DNA of 64,000 bases from Macrostomum lignano (lineage: Eukaryota), in contig NIVC01001375.1 of NCBI GenBank assembly GCA_002269645.1, forward strand, positions 186,001-250,000, given 5' to 3'. The position numbers and the translations under genes are program-made. A model generated the notes under the pieces. The model saw only the letters and a list, made by a program, of their open reading frames with translations. It searched no databases and was not told the DNA's origin. The first letter of the stretch is position 1. The number at the start of each line of letters is the position of its first letter. Positions 49,995 to 61,798 of the stretch are shown in pieces.

Positions 49995-50679
49995 CGGAAA
50001 CGAAATCCCCTCCAATAAAAAATAAATTTTACTGAGTGACATTGTACATGCATATGAAATTCTTTGAGCACGGCATCTAAACCTAGTCGTTTGTGGTTTG
50101 AATGAGGTGTTCAACCTCCGCTCCCCCGGCTCCTCCGCGATGTTGATGCAGACTATTAACAAACTGACGTTTTTTTGCAATCCGTTACGGTTGTTTTCAG
50201 GGCAACCGTGACCGCCCTTTTTACGTATTTTTGTTGATTCCGACCAACTTTTTTTGCCGAATTTCAAAACAGCTATACGTCGTCGTCGTCTATTTTTGGT
50301 TTTCATCCGTTTTCCAGTTTTTCTTTCTATAATATATTTCAAATGCTTTATTCTTCTAGTACGCTCGTATTTATGGTTTTATGCGCTCGTTATGCATGTA
50401 AATTCGTCTTATTTGTACAAAAACATCGTACACATTTACTCCAGCCATAAAGCATTTAGCTACCCCAAGCACTTACTAGGACTGGCCTGGGATTTCCATG
50501 GCTCAAATGGATTTCCCTAGCCTATAGACCATAGATTACATGACTTTGATCACGCATCTAAGTCGTGATGGATTCTACCTATGCACATAGACAAACCAAT
50601 GATAGCCTTTGGGTAAATGCCTGGAGTAATCAGCCGGAGAAATCAATTGAAGAAAACGAATCATGTCGTTTTAATAGTA

Positions 50680-51020
50680 GCGTTTTAATACTATATACTG
50701 TCATTTTAATATTGGCGTTTTAATAGTACCGTTTTAATAGTAGCGTTTTATTAGTAGTTTTTTAATACTACTGTCATCTTAATATTAGCGTTTTATTAGT
50801 AGTGTTTTAATAGCAGCGTTTTATTAGTAGCGTTTTAATACTATCATTTTAATAGTATTGATAGTATTTTAATAGTAGCGTTTTAATAGTAGCTATTTAA
50901 TAGTAGCGTTTAATTAATAGCAGCGCTTTAATAGTAGCGTTTTAATACTATACTGTCATTTTAATATTAACGTTTTAATAGTAGCGTTTTAATACTACTG
51001 TCATTTCTATAGCACCGTTT
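50680..51020. repeat. AT-rich about 14-bp repeat TTTTAATAGTAGCG
   Basis: Visible repeat. Confidence 0.8.
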
Positions 51021-52634
51021 TAGCGAGCAATTTAATCCTTAGGGGGAAATAAAGCTATTTAAGACTTGCTTTTGATTGTCTATGGCCCAAAAATGGTCTA
51101 TAGAGCAACCAATTAGAGAATTTGGTCGCGCTATTAATCTTTCCATAGTTTGCAAGCCTTAGACCATAGAAATAACAGTTTTCATTAAACAAACTTAGAT
51201 ATGGCAGACGAAGAATTTATAGCGAGCAGAGCAGTGACGAAAGTTTTGCTACAGCTACAGCTACAGCCCAAAAAGATGCAGTGGATGAGCAGAATCCTGC
51301 ATTGATCGGGTTTGATTTCAATCTGTCCAACACTGTTTTGAGAAGACGTGTACGATTGTTCTCGGCTTATACTGTATGCTATAGTTTTGCCTTTGCCTGT
51401 TTAATTGATTTCTATGAAATCAAAGTGTTAATGTCAATCGTTTTTGATATGCCATCTATTTTCAGGCGTTATTTCAGTGAAGTTATTCGTGAAGGATATA
51501 CGAGAACTGTGAAAAGGATTAATTGCAGATTAATTTGTCACTCGGTGTTTGGCGTGCAGGTACCGTCGGCGTTAAGGCTTGTCAACTACAGTGTATCTTT
51601 TCCGCAGTCAAGACGCTATTAGAAAACGAGTCTGACTTTGGTGCAGTTACTGCAATTAAAGCCTTACGATCGTCGGAACCTCCTGATGGAGTATTCGCTG
51701 ACGCGCCTGATGACGTAGCCCGCATACATCCGTCGTATTGTACTGCACTGTAGCCGGCGGCAAACGATGAAGCGTCTGTGCTGTTTTCAGCACTTTGTTA
51801 CTGCATGCCACTATCCAGCCATTTCGTTGTCAGTCCGGATTGCATAAGGCGCAGTGCAGATTCTGAGCCATAATACATAATAGTACAATTAATATAAAAA
51901 AACACATGTCCATAGTACAATTTCCATAATACAATTTTCTTTTTTTCTCGCTTTTCCGATGGTCCCCCAATGCTGCATTGCTCTGTAATTTTTATTTATG
52001 ATTTGAATGTACTCGATTTTTCCAATTAAAACACCGCGGATACCGGCATTACTATTTTAGAAACCGGTTTTGCATTCAAATTCACCAAGCGGAATGTCAT
52101 TGCTATTTCTGTTGCGACATTGTGACTTTTAAGTCTTTTGGCAAAACAACTAAATTCCATATTCCTAAATTCTGAGCTCTAGAAAATTTTGGAGGATTTA
52201 AATCAGATATTTGTTTGTTGGATTCTATAAAGCTCGTACAGGACGCCACTTTAAAATAGGTACATGTACCTGGCGCTACCTGTACATTTAATACATGGAA
52301 AACAATAAGTAAAACTTGCGTAAAGCGAGGTGTTTAACGTGTGTATAATAATTGCGTCAAACGCGTGTACCTGTACATGTATTTTGCTTACATGTGCGTG
52401 TGTTAATCATTTAAAAAGTGACAAAATTATGTAATTTACGTACGCGTGTTTTACGCGCAGCGATCTACGTGTACAACGTACGTTTTTCGCGCCGAAGAAG
52501 AGAAATGCAGCGTATTCAATTCTATCCTCCTTCCCAATTTTAAAATTCAAGAATTGAGTTTTCGATTCGACAAAAATTTAATTTTGCATCTATAATTTCT
52601 AGTTCAGACTAGATAAGAAAACGGTTTTCGCACT

Positions 52635-52980
52635 TGATGAGTGAAGGATTAATTATTGAACTTCCTGAGACATTAATTATTGCACTAGCTGAGGCATAGA
52701 TTATTGCACTTGATGAGTAAAAGATTATTGCAATTGATGAGTAAATGATTATTGCACTAGATGATCAAAGTATTATTGCACTAGCTTAGAAAGTGATTAT
52801 TAAAATACATTAGGAAAGGTGTATTGCACTTGATGAGAAAAAGATTATTGCACTAGATGAGAAAAGAAATATTCCACTGGCTGAAAAAAATAACGATTGC
52901 ACTAGCTGAGACATGGATTATTGCACTACCTGAGAAAGTGATTATTGCATCAGCCAAGGAAATAGTTGCACTAGTGTAGC
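52635..52980. repeat. About 21-bp degenerate repeat ATTATTGCACTAGATGAG
   Basis: Visible repeat. Confidence 0.75.
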
Positions 52981-54508
52981 TTAAAGTATATTCAAATTTA
53001 GAAAGCATATATACGCTTTCTATCTTGCTTGCTTTTGCTTGCTATCTGGGGGTGCTTGTTATTGTATTTGGGGGGAGGGGGGCGCTTGCTATTGTATTTG
53101 GGGGTGCTTACTATCTGGGGGATGCTTGCTATCTGGGGGGATGCTTGCTGTCTTGGGGATGTTTTCTATTTAGTGGCAATGCTTGTTATCTTTGTGAAGG
53201 CTTTATTTTTTGTCTTTTTGTTACTTTCAGACTTAAAATATTCATAGCAAACATCTTTGTCCGTGACAATTTTACTAGAATAAGGTGATTTATAAAACTG
53301 AAGAAGGAATTTGTTCTTTAAAAAATGTGCTTTTTTAATGGATCTGCATGAATAATTTTTTCTCCGTGCTTATTGGGCTTTTTGCTTATTTGCTTATTTG
53401 CGAATTTTGCTTATATATTTCTACTGTAAATAGAGTCTTAAGAATCTACTAAATTTTCGGGTAATGTAGCTCCTTGATGAAAAGTAAGTAGCTAGATGAA
53501 AGAGAAGTAACCAATATGAACTGTATTAGGTTTTTCAATGTCGATGCATTTCGTCCACAATGGACATCGCTATGTACATAAAAGGCCCCACAACCTACTC
53601 TGAGCAGTCAGCTTGCCATAAGGGATGCTAGCCGTCAACTTCGTAAATTTTTTTAGCTCGCTCAAAAACCGGACTGGACACTGATTTGATATGTAGCACG
53701 CCTTTCCATCCAAACTTGTACTGTACCCAGTTTTTTTCTTAATTTTTACTGCTCTGTCAAATGTTACAACTTCTCAAGACAATATATAAGAACAATTTCT
53801 TACTTCGTTTGATAAATTTAGTGAGCCCTGACGATGTCCATTATGGACTAAAAGCATCGGCATTGAAAAACCTAATACAGTTCATATTGGTTATTTCTTT
53901 CATAAATTTTCCGTTCAACGCTCATCGCGTACTCTGGTGGTTTGGTCCATGTATTGCTAGTCAAAAGTATTGCTGCTTATCGTCTACATATATGCCTCAA
54001 CCTAGCTGGCGTATATAAGCGTAACTCTAACGCCTATCGTTATATATACAAGCTGGAGCCCGGCCTTGCCTGGTCAAGGCTAGAGCGCTTTTTCTTATGC
54101 TGACAAAAGTTAAGTCAGTCGACTGCACTTCATATTTATGACAAATTTTAATCTATTTTTCAAATTTTCTTACGAGCCAGCCAAGTACATACAGTATAAA
54201 AATAAATATACCGGAGCGGTATTAGCATGTAAGCTCACTAACTTTTCTAAATGTACTGCAACTGCAAGTACAACTGCAATACTCAGCAAAATTGAAGAAT
54301 TGCTGAGTGGTCATTTGTATAGTGCAAGGTGAGTTTCAATTAACATACATGCAACGTACACTTCAGTTTATCGATAGGCTTTTTTAGACACTGACCAAGC
54401 AAGGCCAATCTCAAAGCCAAATAATAAACAAAATGGAAAGCGAAAAGCGAAAAAACTGAAAGCATAAAGCGAGAACCTAAGGTGAGAAAGCGACGGTAAG
54501 AGTTTACG

Positions 54509-55598
54509 ATGGCAAAAGGAGAATACAACAGCCTTCACGTCAAACTGCTGCTCGAGTATTCCCAGTTTAGGGAAATAGACCGACTCGCGAGTTGGCTCGA
54601 GAAACGCACTCAACGGTTTCAGCCAGCTGAGCATAGAAATCAGCAGAAAAGGACGAAAATTCAATTCGGTCGTTGGCTCATCACCATGCAGACCACCGAT
54701 GGTCAGCAAATGTCCGAGACATTCCGTCTGCTGCCACAGAAGTTGAGCGATAACAGAAGCAAAGTTGAGTTCGTGAAATCGCTCTGCCGGAGCTTCAGCG
54801 ACATGTCGAGCGACGAAGCGACGCATCTGGTAGAGTCGCTGCTGTCCATGATCGATCAGTTTCTACAAGGAGAGAGTGACATCGCAAAGGAGGAGCAAAC
54901 TGTGCAGCTGCGATACGAGGAGGCCGGCAGCCGAGGCCGCATCACATTTGGGGAGTTCCTGACGCCTAGGAGCAAGCGAGTCAAGCAGCTGGTCAAGCTG
55001 TGTGGTGAGCAGCGGGCCGCGCTGGTGTGCCTTCGCTACCACAGCCTGAACATGTTCAAGAGCGGAGAGTCCAGCCTCTGCCCCAAAGCTTTCGATGCCC
55101 TGTTCGAGCTGGGCAAAGCCGCTCACGAGGGCTTCGCTTCGCCCCTCAATTGTCAGCTGCTGGGTCGGCAAGGAGCAAAATTCTGCAGCCTGTTCCCTGA
55201 CACTGACAGCGCATTCGGCAGTCTGGGCGACTTTTTTCACATAGACCTGATGCAGCATCCAGGCGGCTGGGTGCTCAGTCCCCCCATTTTAAGAGATCCT
55301 GCTCAGAGCCACAGCGAGGCGAGTTGTGGACATCCTTGACGAGTCGGAGCGGGGAGCTTTCTGGTTCTTCCTCATCTTTCCTGACTGGACAGACTGCGAC
55401 GGCTGGCAGATCCTGGACGAGTCTGAGTGGAAAGTTGACAGAATTGATGTGGAGCCAAATCAGCTGGAGGTTCAGGATTGCTACGGCTTCACGCTGACTG
55501 TGCAGGTCACGGTGAGCCTGTTCACCATGGGGGAGCCGCCAGACTCCGTCAACCTCGTCAAGCTTTGGGACGCGATGAGAACAGACGCTGGCAAGTGA
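54509..55598 (+). pseudogene. PCIF1/CAPAM-like methyltransferase, copy 3, disrupted
   Basis: A +1 insertion in the catalytic Asn codon region (AAC CCC CCA to AGT CCC CCC A, about 55277) plus GAA-to-TAA at 55290-55292. The C-terminal remainder is ORF 55326-55598. Confidence 0.85.
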
Positions 55599-56539
55599 CA
55601 GAAATGAGATCGTATCCAATAAAGTAAAAATTTTACTGAGTGACATTGTACATGCATATGACATTTCTCCGAGTACTCGTACTTGTATTAAAACCTTGTC
55701 GTTTGTCGCAATTTTTAATGCATCTCTTTAGTTCATCTGCACTCCCCTCTGTTTACTCTATTTTCTCTCCAACTTTCCAGTTCAGACTTGTTGTCTCTCT
55801 CTCCCTCCCCTCTTTGTCTAGTAAAGTCTTGTTATTCTTATCTCTCTCCCTCGTGGCCTTCTGATTGGTTCTTCAATCTGGCCTCTTTCCTCAGTCGCGC
55901 ATTCTAACCCCCTTACCTCTGTTTACTCTGTTTTCTCTCCCGTTTGTCCAGTTCAGTCTTGTTATTCTTGTCTCTCCAATCGCTGCTTTCTGATCGGCTC
56001 TTCAATCTGCATTGCCTCTTTCCTCAGTCACGCACTCCTGCCTTTTCTAATCTGGACTCAATCCCCATCCCATAATTTAATACCTTATATATAGTTTTGC
56101 GCCTCGTTAATCGATTCGTATTAATGCATTAGTTTTTACCGAGTATAAATTACTTGAGATACGAGCGTATAAAAAAAATATTCAATCGTTTATCTTATTT
56201 TTCTCTACATCGTTACTACCGAAATTTTACCTAAACATTGGTAGTAAATCCATTCGATTGATTTACGAGCTACCGGAGACGACAAGTACATTCATTTATA
56301 CATAATAGCCTCGTACAATTGTATATTGATGAGGACGAACTTTTTCCAATTCTACATTTGCAAATCGGATGCTTACAATATGCACTACTGGCAGTAGGCT
56401 ACAAGTGTTTTTTAACTTCTCACTATTACTAAATTTGTGTGTTTGGCATTTATTGCTTTGCTTTCCTAGGTCAGTTTGTACTACGAATTCAATATTTAGT
56501 TCTGCTTGTTAGGCCAGATTCATATTTCTTTGTCTGTGA

Positions 56540-57290
56540 GACTAGGGCGGCAGTTGTGACATCGGACGACGTCGTTCTTGGGTACTGCGCACAGGCCTCC
56601 CTGACGACTCCAACGGATTCTTGCTCTGTCGCAGAACAAGCAGGCGACACCCCAGGAGAAGCGACTATCCGTCCTAGCGGACGTCCTAGACTCTATCCTA
56701 GCGCTGCTGTCTAGCTCAGCTGAAGGAGCTCAACGCCTGCTAGACCAGCTGACGGCGGCGGCCGCTGTGCAGTGATCAGCGGTCTAGTGCCAAGCATCAT
56801 GGACGACATGGCACGGCGCAGGGCGCTTTCCTGGGGTGCATTCCGCACGGTGCGGACTGTCCTGCAGTGCCTAGCGCTGCCGGATCGGCTGAGAAGGCGG
56901 CTGTTCCAGGCAGTCATAGAAACGGTCCTCCTTTACAATACCAAAAGGTGGACACGGACCGGCCCACAAGAGCGGCAACTCGACACCGTTCATGCTGGAT
57001 TTACGCGAGCCGCCTTCTGTGTCTACTACTCGCCGACCGCCACCACCAACACCAGCTGCTGCGCATGCGACGTTTACAGCTGGCCGGTCATGTCATCCGA
57101 GAAGAGCATTACTGCCCTGAGCCACTGCAGGACGCGCTGCTGCTCTCCCGTCAAGGACCGCGGCGGCTTGGTCAGACAAAAAGTCTGCGTTTCATTGACC
57201 TGCTTAATTCTAAGAGACGCTGAGATTTCTAACCCTCGTGGACTCGCTGTTCTGCGCAACTCTGCGCTTGCGCGCGCATTTTGACTCCAG
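56540..57290 (+). mobile_element. 5'-truncated, degenerate non-LTR retrotransposon (RTE-like reverse transcriptase C-terminal half)
   Basis: Frameshifted segments read ILALLSSSAEGAQRLLDQL (decayed post-YADD region), RRALSWGAF..LFQAVIETVLLYN..W and LRMRRLQLAGHVIR, typical of RTE-clade RT C-termini. Confidence 0.8.
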
Positions 57291-57615
57291 CCCAGCTAGG
57301 CTTGTCTAGGGCTGCTGTAGTTTGCTTTTGTTGTTGTTGTTTCACAGAAATTGCGTGTTGTCCATGGCACAACCTTATCTTTATTCTATGCTTAGTTAAA
57401 AGTATTTTTTATAGTTACAGTACCTGTACTGTTCATGTACTGTTCATCTACTGTATTCTATCTTCATTACCAATTTTACACAAAAAATGGAGTTTTTCAT
57501 GCGAAAAAATAAAGAAATTATTGCACATATACTTGCAGTAGAAATACGTGCAAATACATAGTTCACATATTTTAATCAGTTTGCAATTTTGTTTGTAGTC
57601 AGCGCAATTTTAATA

Positions 57616-59437
57616 TCAATCTTCACCCTCGTCCTCATTGATCGGAGTCAATTTTTCGTCCTTGACTTCTCCAGCCTCCGCGCCGCCTTCCCCTTCGCCG
57701 CTTGCGTCTGGGGTGCCATCGACGCTAGTGCCATTCTCGGCGCCGTTTCCGTCGTCCGTCGATCCGGGAAGCGGCTCGGGACTGCCGTAGTTTGGCGGCT
57801 CCGGCAGCAGCTCGTATCGCTTGGCGTAGACGCTCGGAGCGAAGCCGAACGCATCGAGAGCGGTGTCGCTCTGTTCGACAGACTTGGCGGCGGCCGCCTC
57901 GCGAAGAATTTCAACAAAGTTCTGGCCGGCTCCGTAGGCATAGTGCAGCGGTAGGCGGCCAAAGCTGTCAGCGAGTCGAAGCAGGTCTGGGTGCTCGTTG
58001 GCTAGGTAACGAGCAGTGTCTTGGTTTTTGCAAAGCAGGGCAATGTGCAGCGCCGAGAGGCTCTCTCTAGTGCGAGAGAACACATCTTCAATTTGCTGCT
58101 GATCTTGCAGTTGCTTGCAGTGCTGCTCCAGATGCTCTCGAGTGCCTTTGGCGCTGAGCTTCCACAGCTCCCTGTAGCGAGCCTCCCACTTGGACACGGA
58201 GTCCACAATTAGCTTGCTGGCCTCCGGCAGACCTTTGAGCTTGGGACCGAACGACTTTTTCAGGCTTGGCAAACTGCTCCCATAGTCGTTGGCCAGCAGC
58301 CAGCGGAGGTGTTCGACTTTCTCTTCGCGCATCCAACGGATCACCAAACTGTCAAGCTCCTTGACAACGGCGTCGTTTTTAGTGGCTTGAGCTGCGTCGC
58401 GAACGTTCATTCCCTGGAATATGTTAGAGATTTTCCATTAGACACTTTTCGATCTGTTTAATTTTCAGAACTGTCAGCCCCTGTAGGCTATGCATTCGTT
58501 AGGAAAAGGGCATTTTACGTTTCTCAAACTCCACAACCCCCCAATCACAACCGACTTCCCTCTCCCAAAACTTCATTCTGATGCCGTGCAACACCCTGAA
58601 ACCGACGAATATCGGCCAAACGTCGGTGTTACAAGCACCTAAAAGTGTTCATACACCAACGACTTTGGGTAGATGTGAGAAACATCGCGGAAATAGCGGA
58701 ACTATGCTTCAAAATTCTTGTTGACCGAATTTCACCTTGTTCAATGTTAATTCTGCTACTTCAGAAGTCCCAATTTGTAGAATACCTTGGGTGAAAATAG
58801 AGTTGTGAAAGCATCCACAAAAAGCGCACCAGCTCAATCCAGCATTCATCGACGCCCTCACCTGTGCGTCGCGAGCGCAGAAGTTGTGCCCATCGTGCAG
58901 CATTCGCAGCAGAGTCTCGACATCGCAGCTGGATCGCACCGCCGCGTGCAACGGCGTCGCGCCGGTTTTGTTTCGCGTCTCGCCTCGCTTCGACGGCAGA
59001 GCGAGCGTCTCAACCGGTACAGACTGGCGCAGCTGCTCCAGCTCCTCGCGACGACGCTGCTCTTCGCGCTCACGTTGCAGCCGTTGCTCCTCGGCTATGG
59101 CCCGTTGTCGCGCCTCCTCCTGCAGCTGGCCAATGCGCGCCTGGCGAATCTCTTCAATCTCTTCGTCGCGTTCTCGACAATAATCGACGGTTCGACGATA
59201 GTTCATCAGACGCTGGGCCACGAACTCGATCGGATCGTCCGGACGGCAGGCGGCCGCTTCGGATAATGCGAGGGCGAGCGCGCTGCCAACAGTTTCACGA
59301 GCGTAGACTGAGTCCGGATGCTGCTGCTCGTCAATGACGAAGGATTTGGGCTTAGGAGCTCGGAGGAACATGTTGTGCACGTCGGAGTTGGCCGGCGTCA
59401 CCTGGTTAGGATCGATTTCGATTTCTGAGCTGGCCAT
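57616..59437 (-). CDS. Dpy-30 (DYDC-like dimerization/docking) motif + coiled coil + ankyrin-repeat protein, 2 exons, about 457 aa
   Basis: Exons 59437-58862 and 58413-57616, phase 0, GT-AG. Dpy-30 motif YARETVGSALALALSEAAACRPDDPIEFVAQRL, an E/R/Q coiled coil, and ankyrin signatures GATPLHAAV, SALHIAL and GRLPLHYA. Confidence 0.8.
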
Positions 59438-59609
59438 TTGTGTTGTCGGATGGAGCCAAATGAAGCAGAGAGAATTGTTCTGTATGCCTTTAGCTATAGA
59501 GTCTAGATTGAAATGTAAAGAGCTAAATAACTGCTTGGGGGCTAGAGCTGATTGCTGCCTTAGCTACCACTCCCTAGCAACAGCGTAGGGTAGAGAGTTA
59601 GGGGATGAG

Positions 59610-59881
59610 GGGCTATGCCATGGGGAAGGCAATAAATGTACACCGGCAAGAGTGAGCCGGGTGTACAGCAAGTACAGCCCGAGTTTGGGGCTTGGAAGTG
59701 AAGGCATTGAGGATAGGGAGAAATAATGCAGGTGTTGGGGACAGCCGCACGCTTTTGGAAAGAAAATTCTACCAGCAGCAGTATGAAAAAACACCTGGTA
59801 AGGGATTTGAGTACGAGATTAAGAATTTTGCGTAGCAACCAGGTCAGCTTCATCTCCTCTGTGTAATGCTGGGCCGTTTAC
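59610..59881. repeat. Dispersed about 270-bp repeat; a second, interrupted copy lies at 48106-48135 plus 48543-48802
   Basis: Direct alignment by eye of gcaagagtgagc..gaagtgaaggcatt..gcgtagcaaccaggtcagcttcatct. Confidence 0.75.
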
Positions 59882-59969
59882 ATGCTATGCAATAAACTGG
59901 ATAGAGGCTTTGGATTCAATGATTTCACTTCAATCAGGATCCCTTTGTCCGCTTAAATCCCTATGCGCC

Positions 59970-60890
59970 CCGACACCCATAGTGGCATCTCGACACCCTT
60001 AGTGGCATCTCGACACCCATAGTGGCATCTCGACACCCATAGTGACACCTCGACACCCATAGTGACATCTCGACACCCATAGTGGCATCTCGACACCCAT
60101 AGTGACACCTCGACACCCATAGTGACATCTCGACACCCATAGTGGCATCTCGACACCCATAGTGGCACCTCGACACCCATAGTGACATCTCGACACCCAT
60201 AGTCACACCCCGACACCCATAGTGGCATCTCGACACCCATAGTGACAACTCGACACCCATAGTGACATCTCGACACCCATAGTGGCATCTCGACACCCAT
60301 AGTGGCATCTCGACACCCATAGTGACATCTCGACATCCATAGTGGCATCTCGACACCCATAGTGGCATCTCGACACCCATAGTGGCATCTCGACACCCAT
60401 AGTCACACCCCGACACCCATAGTGACATCTCGACACCCATAGTGACATCTCGACACCCATAGTGACATCTCGACACCCATAGTCACACCCCGACATCCAT
60501 AGTGGCATCTCGACACCCATAGTGGCATCTCGACACCCATAGTGGCATCTCGACACCCATAGTCACACCCCGACATCCATAGTGGCATCTCGACACCCAT
60601 AGTGACACCCCGACATCCATAGTGGCATCTCGACACCCATAGTGACACCCCGACATCCATAGTGGCATCTCGACACCCATAGTGGCATCTCGACACCCAT
60701 AGTGACACCCCGACACCCATAGTGACATCTCGACACCCATAGTGGCATCTCAACACCCATAGTGACACCCCGGCATCCATAGTGGCGCTCTGAAAACCAT
60801 AGTGACACCTTGACAACCTTAGTGGCACCCCAACACCCATTAGTGGCGCCCAGACACCCCTAGTGGTGCCCCGACATCCATAGTGACGCT
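59970..60890. repeat. 20-bp minisatellite CGACACCCATAGTGGCATCT
   Basis: Exact 20-bp periodicity with variant units. Confidence 0.97.
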
Positions 60891-61798
60891 CAGACAACCG
60901 TGTGGCGCTGACTTATCCAAAGATCCAAGAAGTGGAACTTTATTTTGCCAGAAAGCACATATGTAGAGTCATACATGTAGAGTCACGCATGAAGTTCTAA
61001 TACAGCAGTTCATGCGGTAAAAACAACACTGTTATCAGCCGCAGAATGACGTAGTCAACATACCCGGTAGTTGCACAAGTTTGGCGCAATCACACGGCAC
61101 AAATGCGTGTGTTCTAAAAATATCTTGAAATGCAAATCCTTGAATGTACAAGCTGAGTGCTAGTTGATGAGCAGAGGTGCAAATCTCAAGGCAAAATACG
61201 CACCAAACTTGCTTTTGAACGCGTGCCGGCCGGCCGTCCCAATGCTGTAAATTTTTAACGGTCAAACGAGTTCAAACAGGCCGAAGATAAGATTTACTTA
61301 TTATTCAAGTAGCCGGATAGGCTTCTGGAATTGGACAGCAATAATCTATAATTGATAACAAATATAGGCTTAATAATTTAAATCAGTCATGACTCAAGTT
61401 GATTCACTCAGAGCAGCACTAACAGAAGGTACTAAAGATAAAGAAGTTTACATGTAGCTATAGTAGATTGCGATATTGACTGCGCCACATGCGCCTCTCT
61501 TTCAATATCAAACTGCGTGACCTTCAACCCCCGTATAGTCTGTATTTCTCTAAATTTAGCTCCAATCATTCCATTGGCTCTACCAGCATCCGCCATTGAT
61601 CCCCCACTGCAGTATAAGCCTACTCGGCCAACGAAAACATGTGTAGGAAGCATGAAACAATCGCTAAAAATATACCAAAAGTTGTTTAGTCGAAATCGAA
61701 TCACGATATAAAATCTCAATTGTATAAATATACGCTGCCATGTATCGACAGAACTTGAAGGAGAATTGCTATGAGATCATTCAACCGCTCCACTTGAG

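Noticed and set aside
44077-50342. Long antisense ORFs (251 aa, 360 aa) opposite the methyltransferase copies
   Set aside because: Shadow ORFs of GC-rich coding sequence; their lengths and ends are not conserved among the copies.
51202-51753. Small spliced gene between methyltransferase copies 2 and 3
   Set aside because: Donor- and acceptor-like sites exist, but I could not join them in a consistent phase and found no recognisable homology.
59953-60897. Cys/His-rich repetitive ORFs (SRCHYGCRD)
   Set aside because: Frame-cycling translation of a 20-bp minisatellite, not a metal-binding protein.
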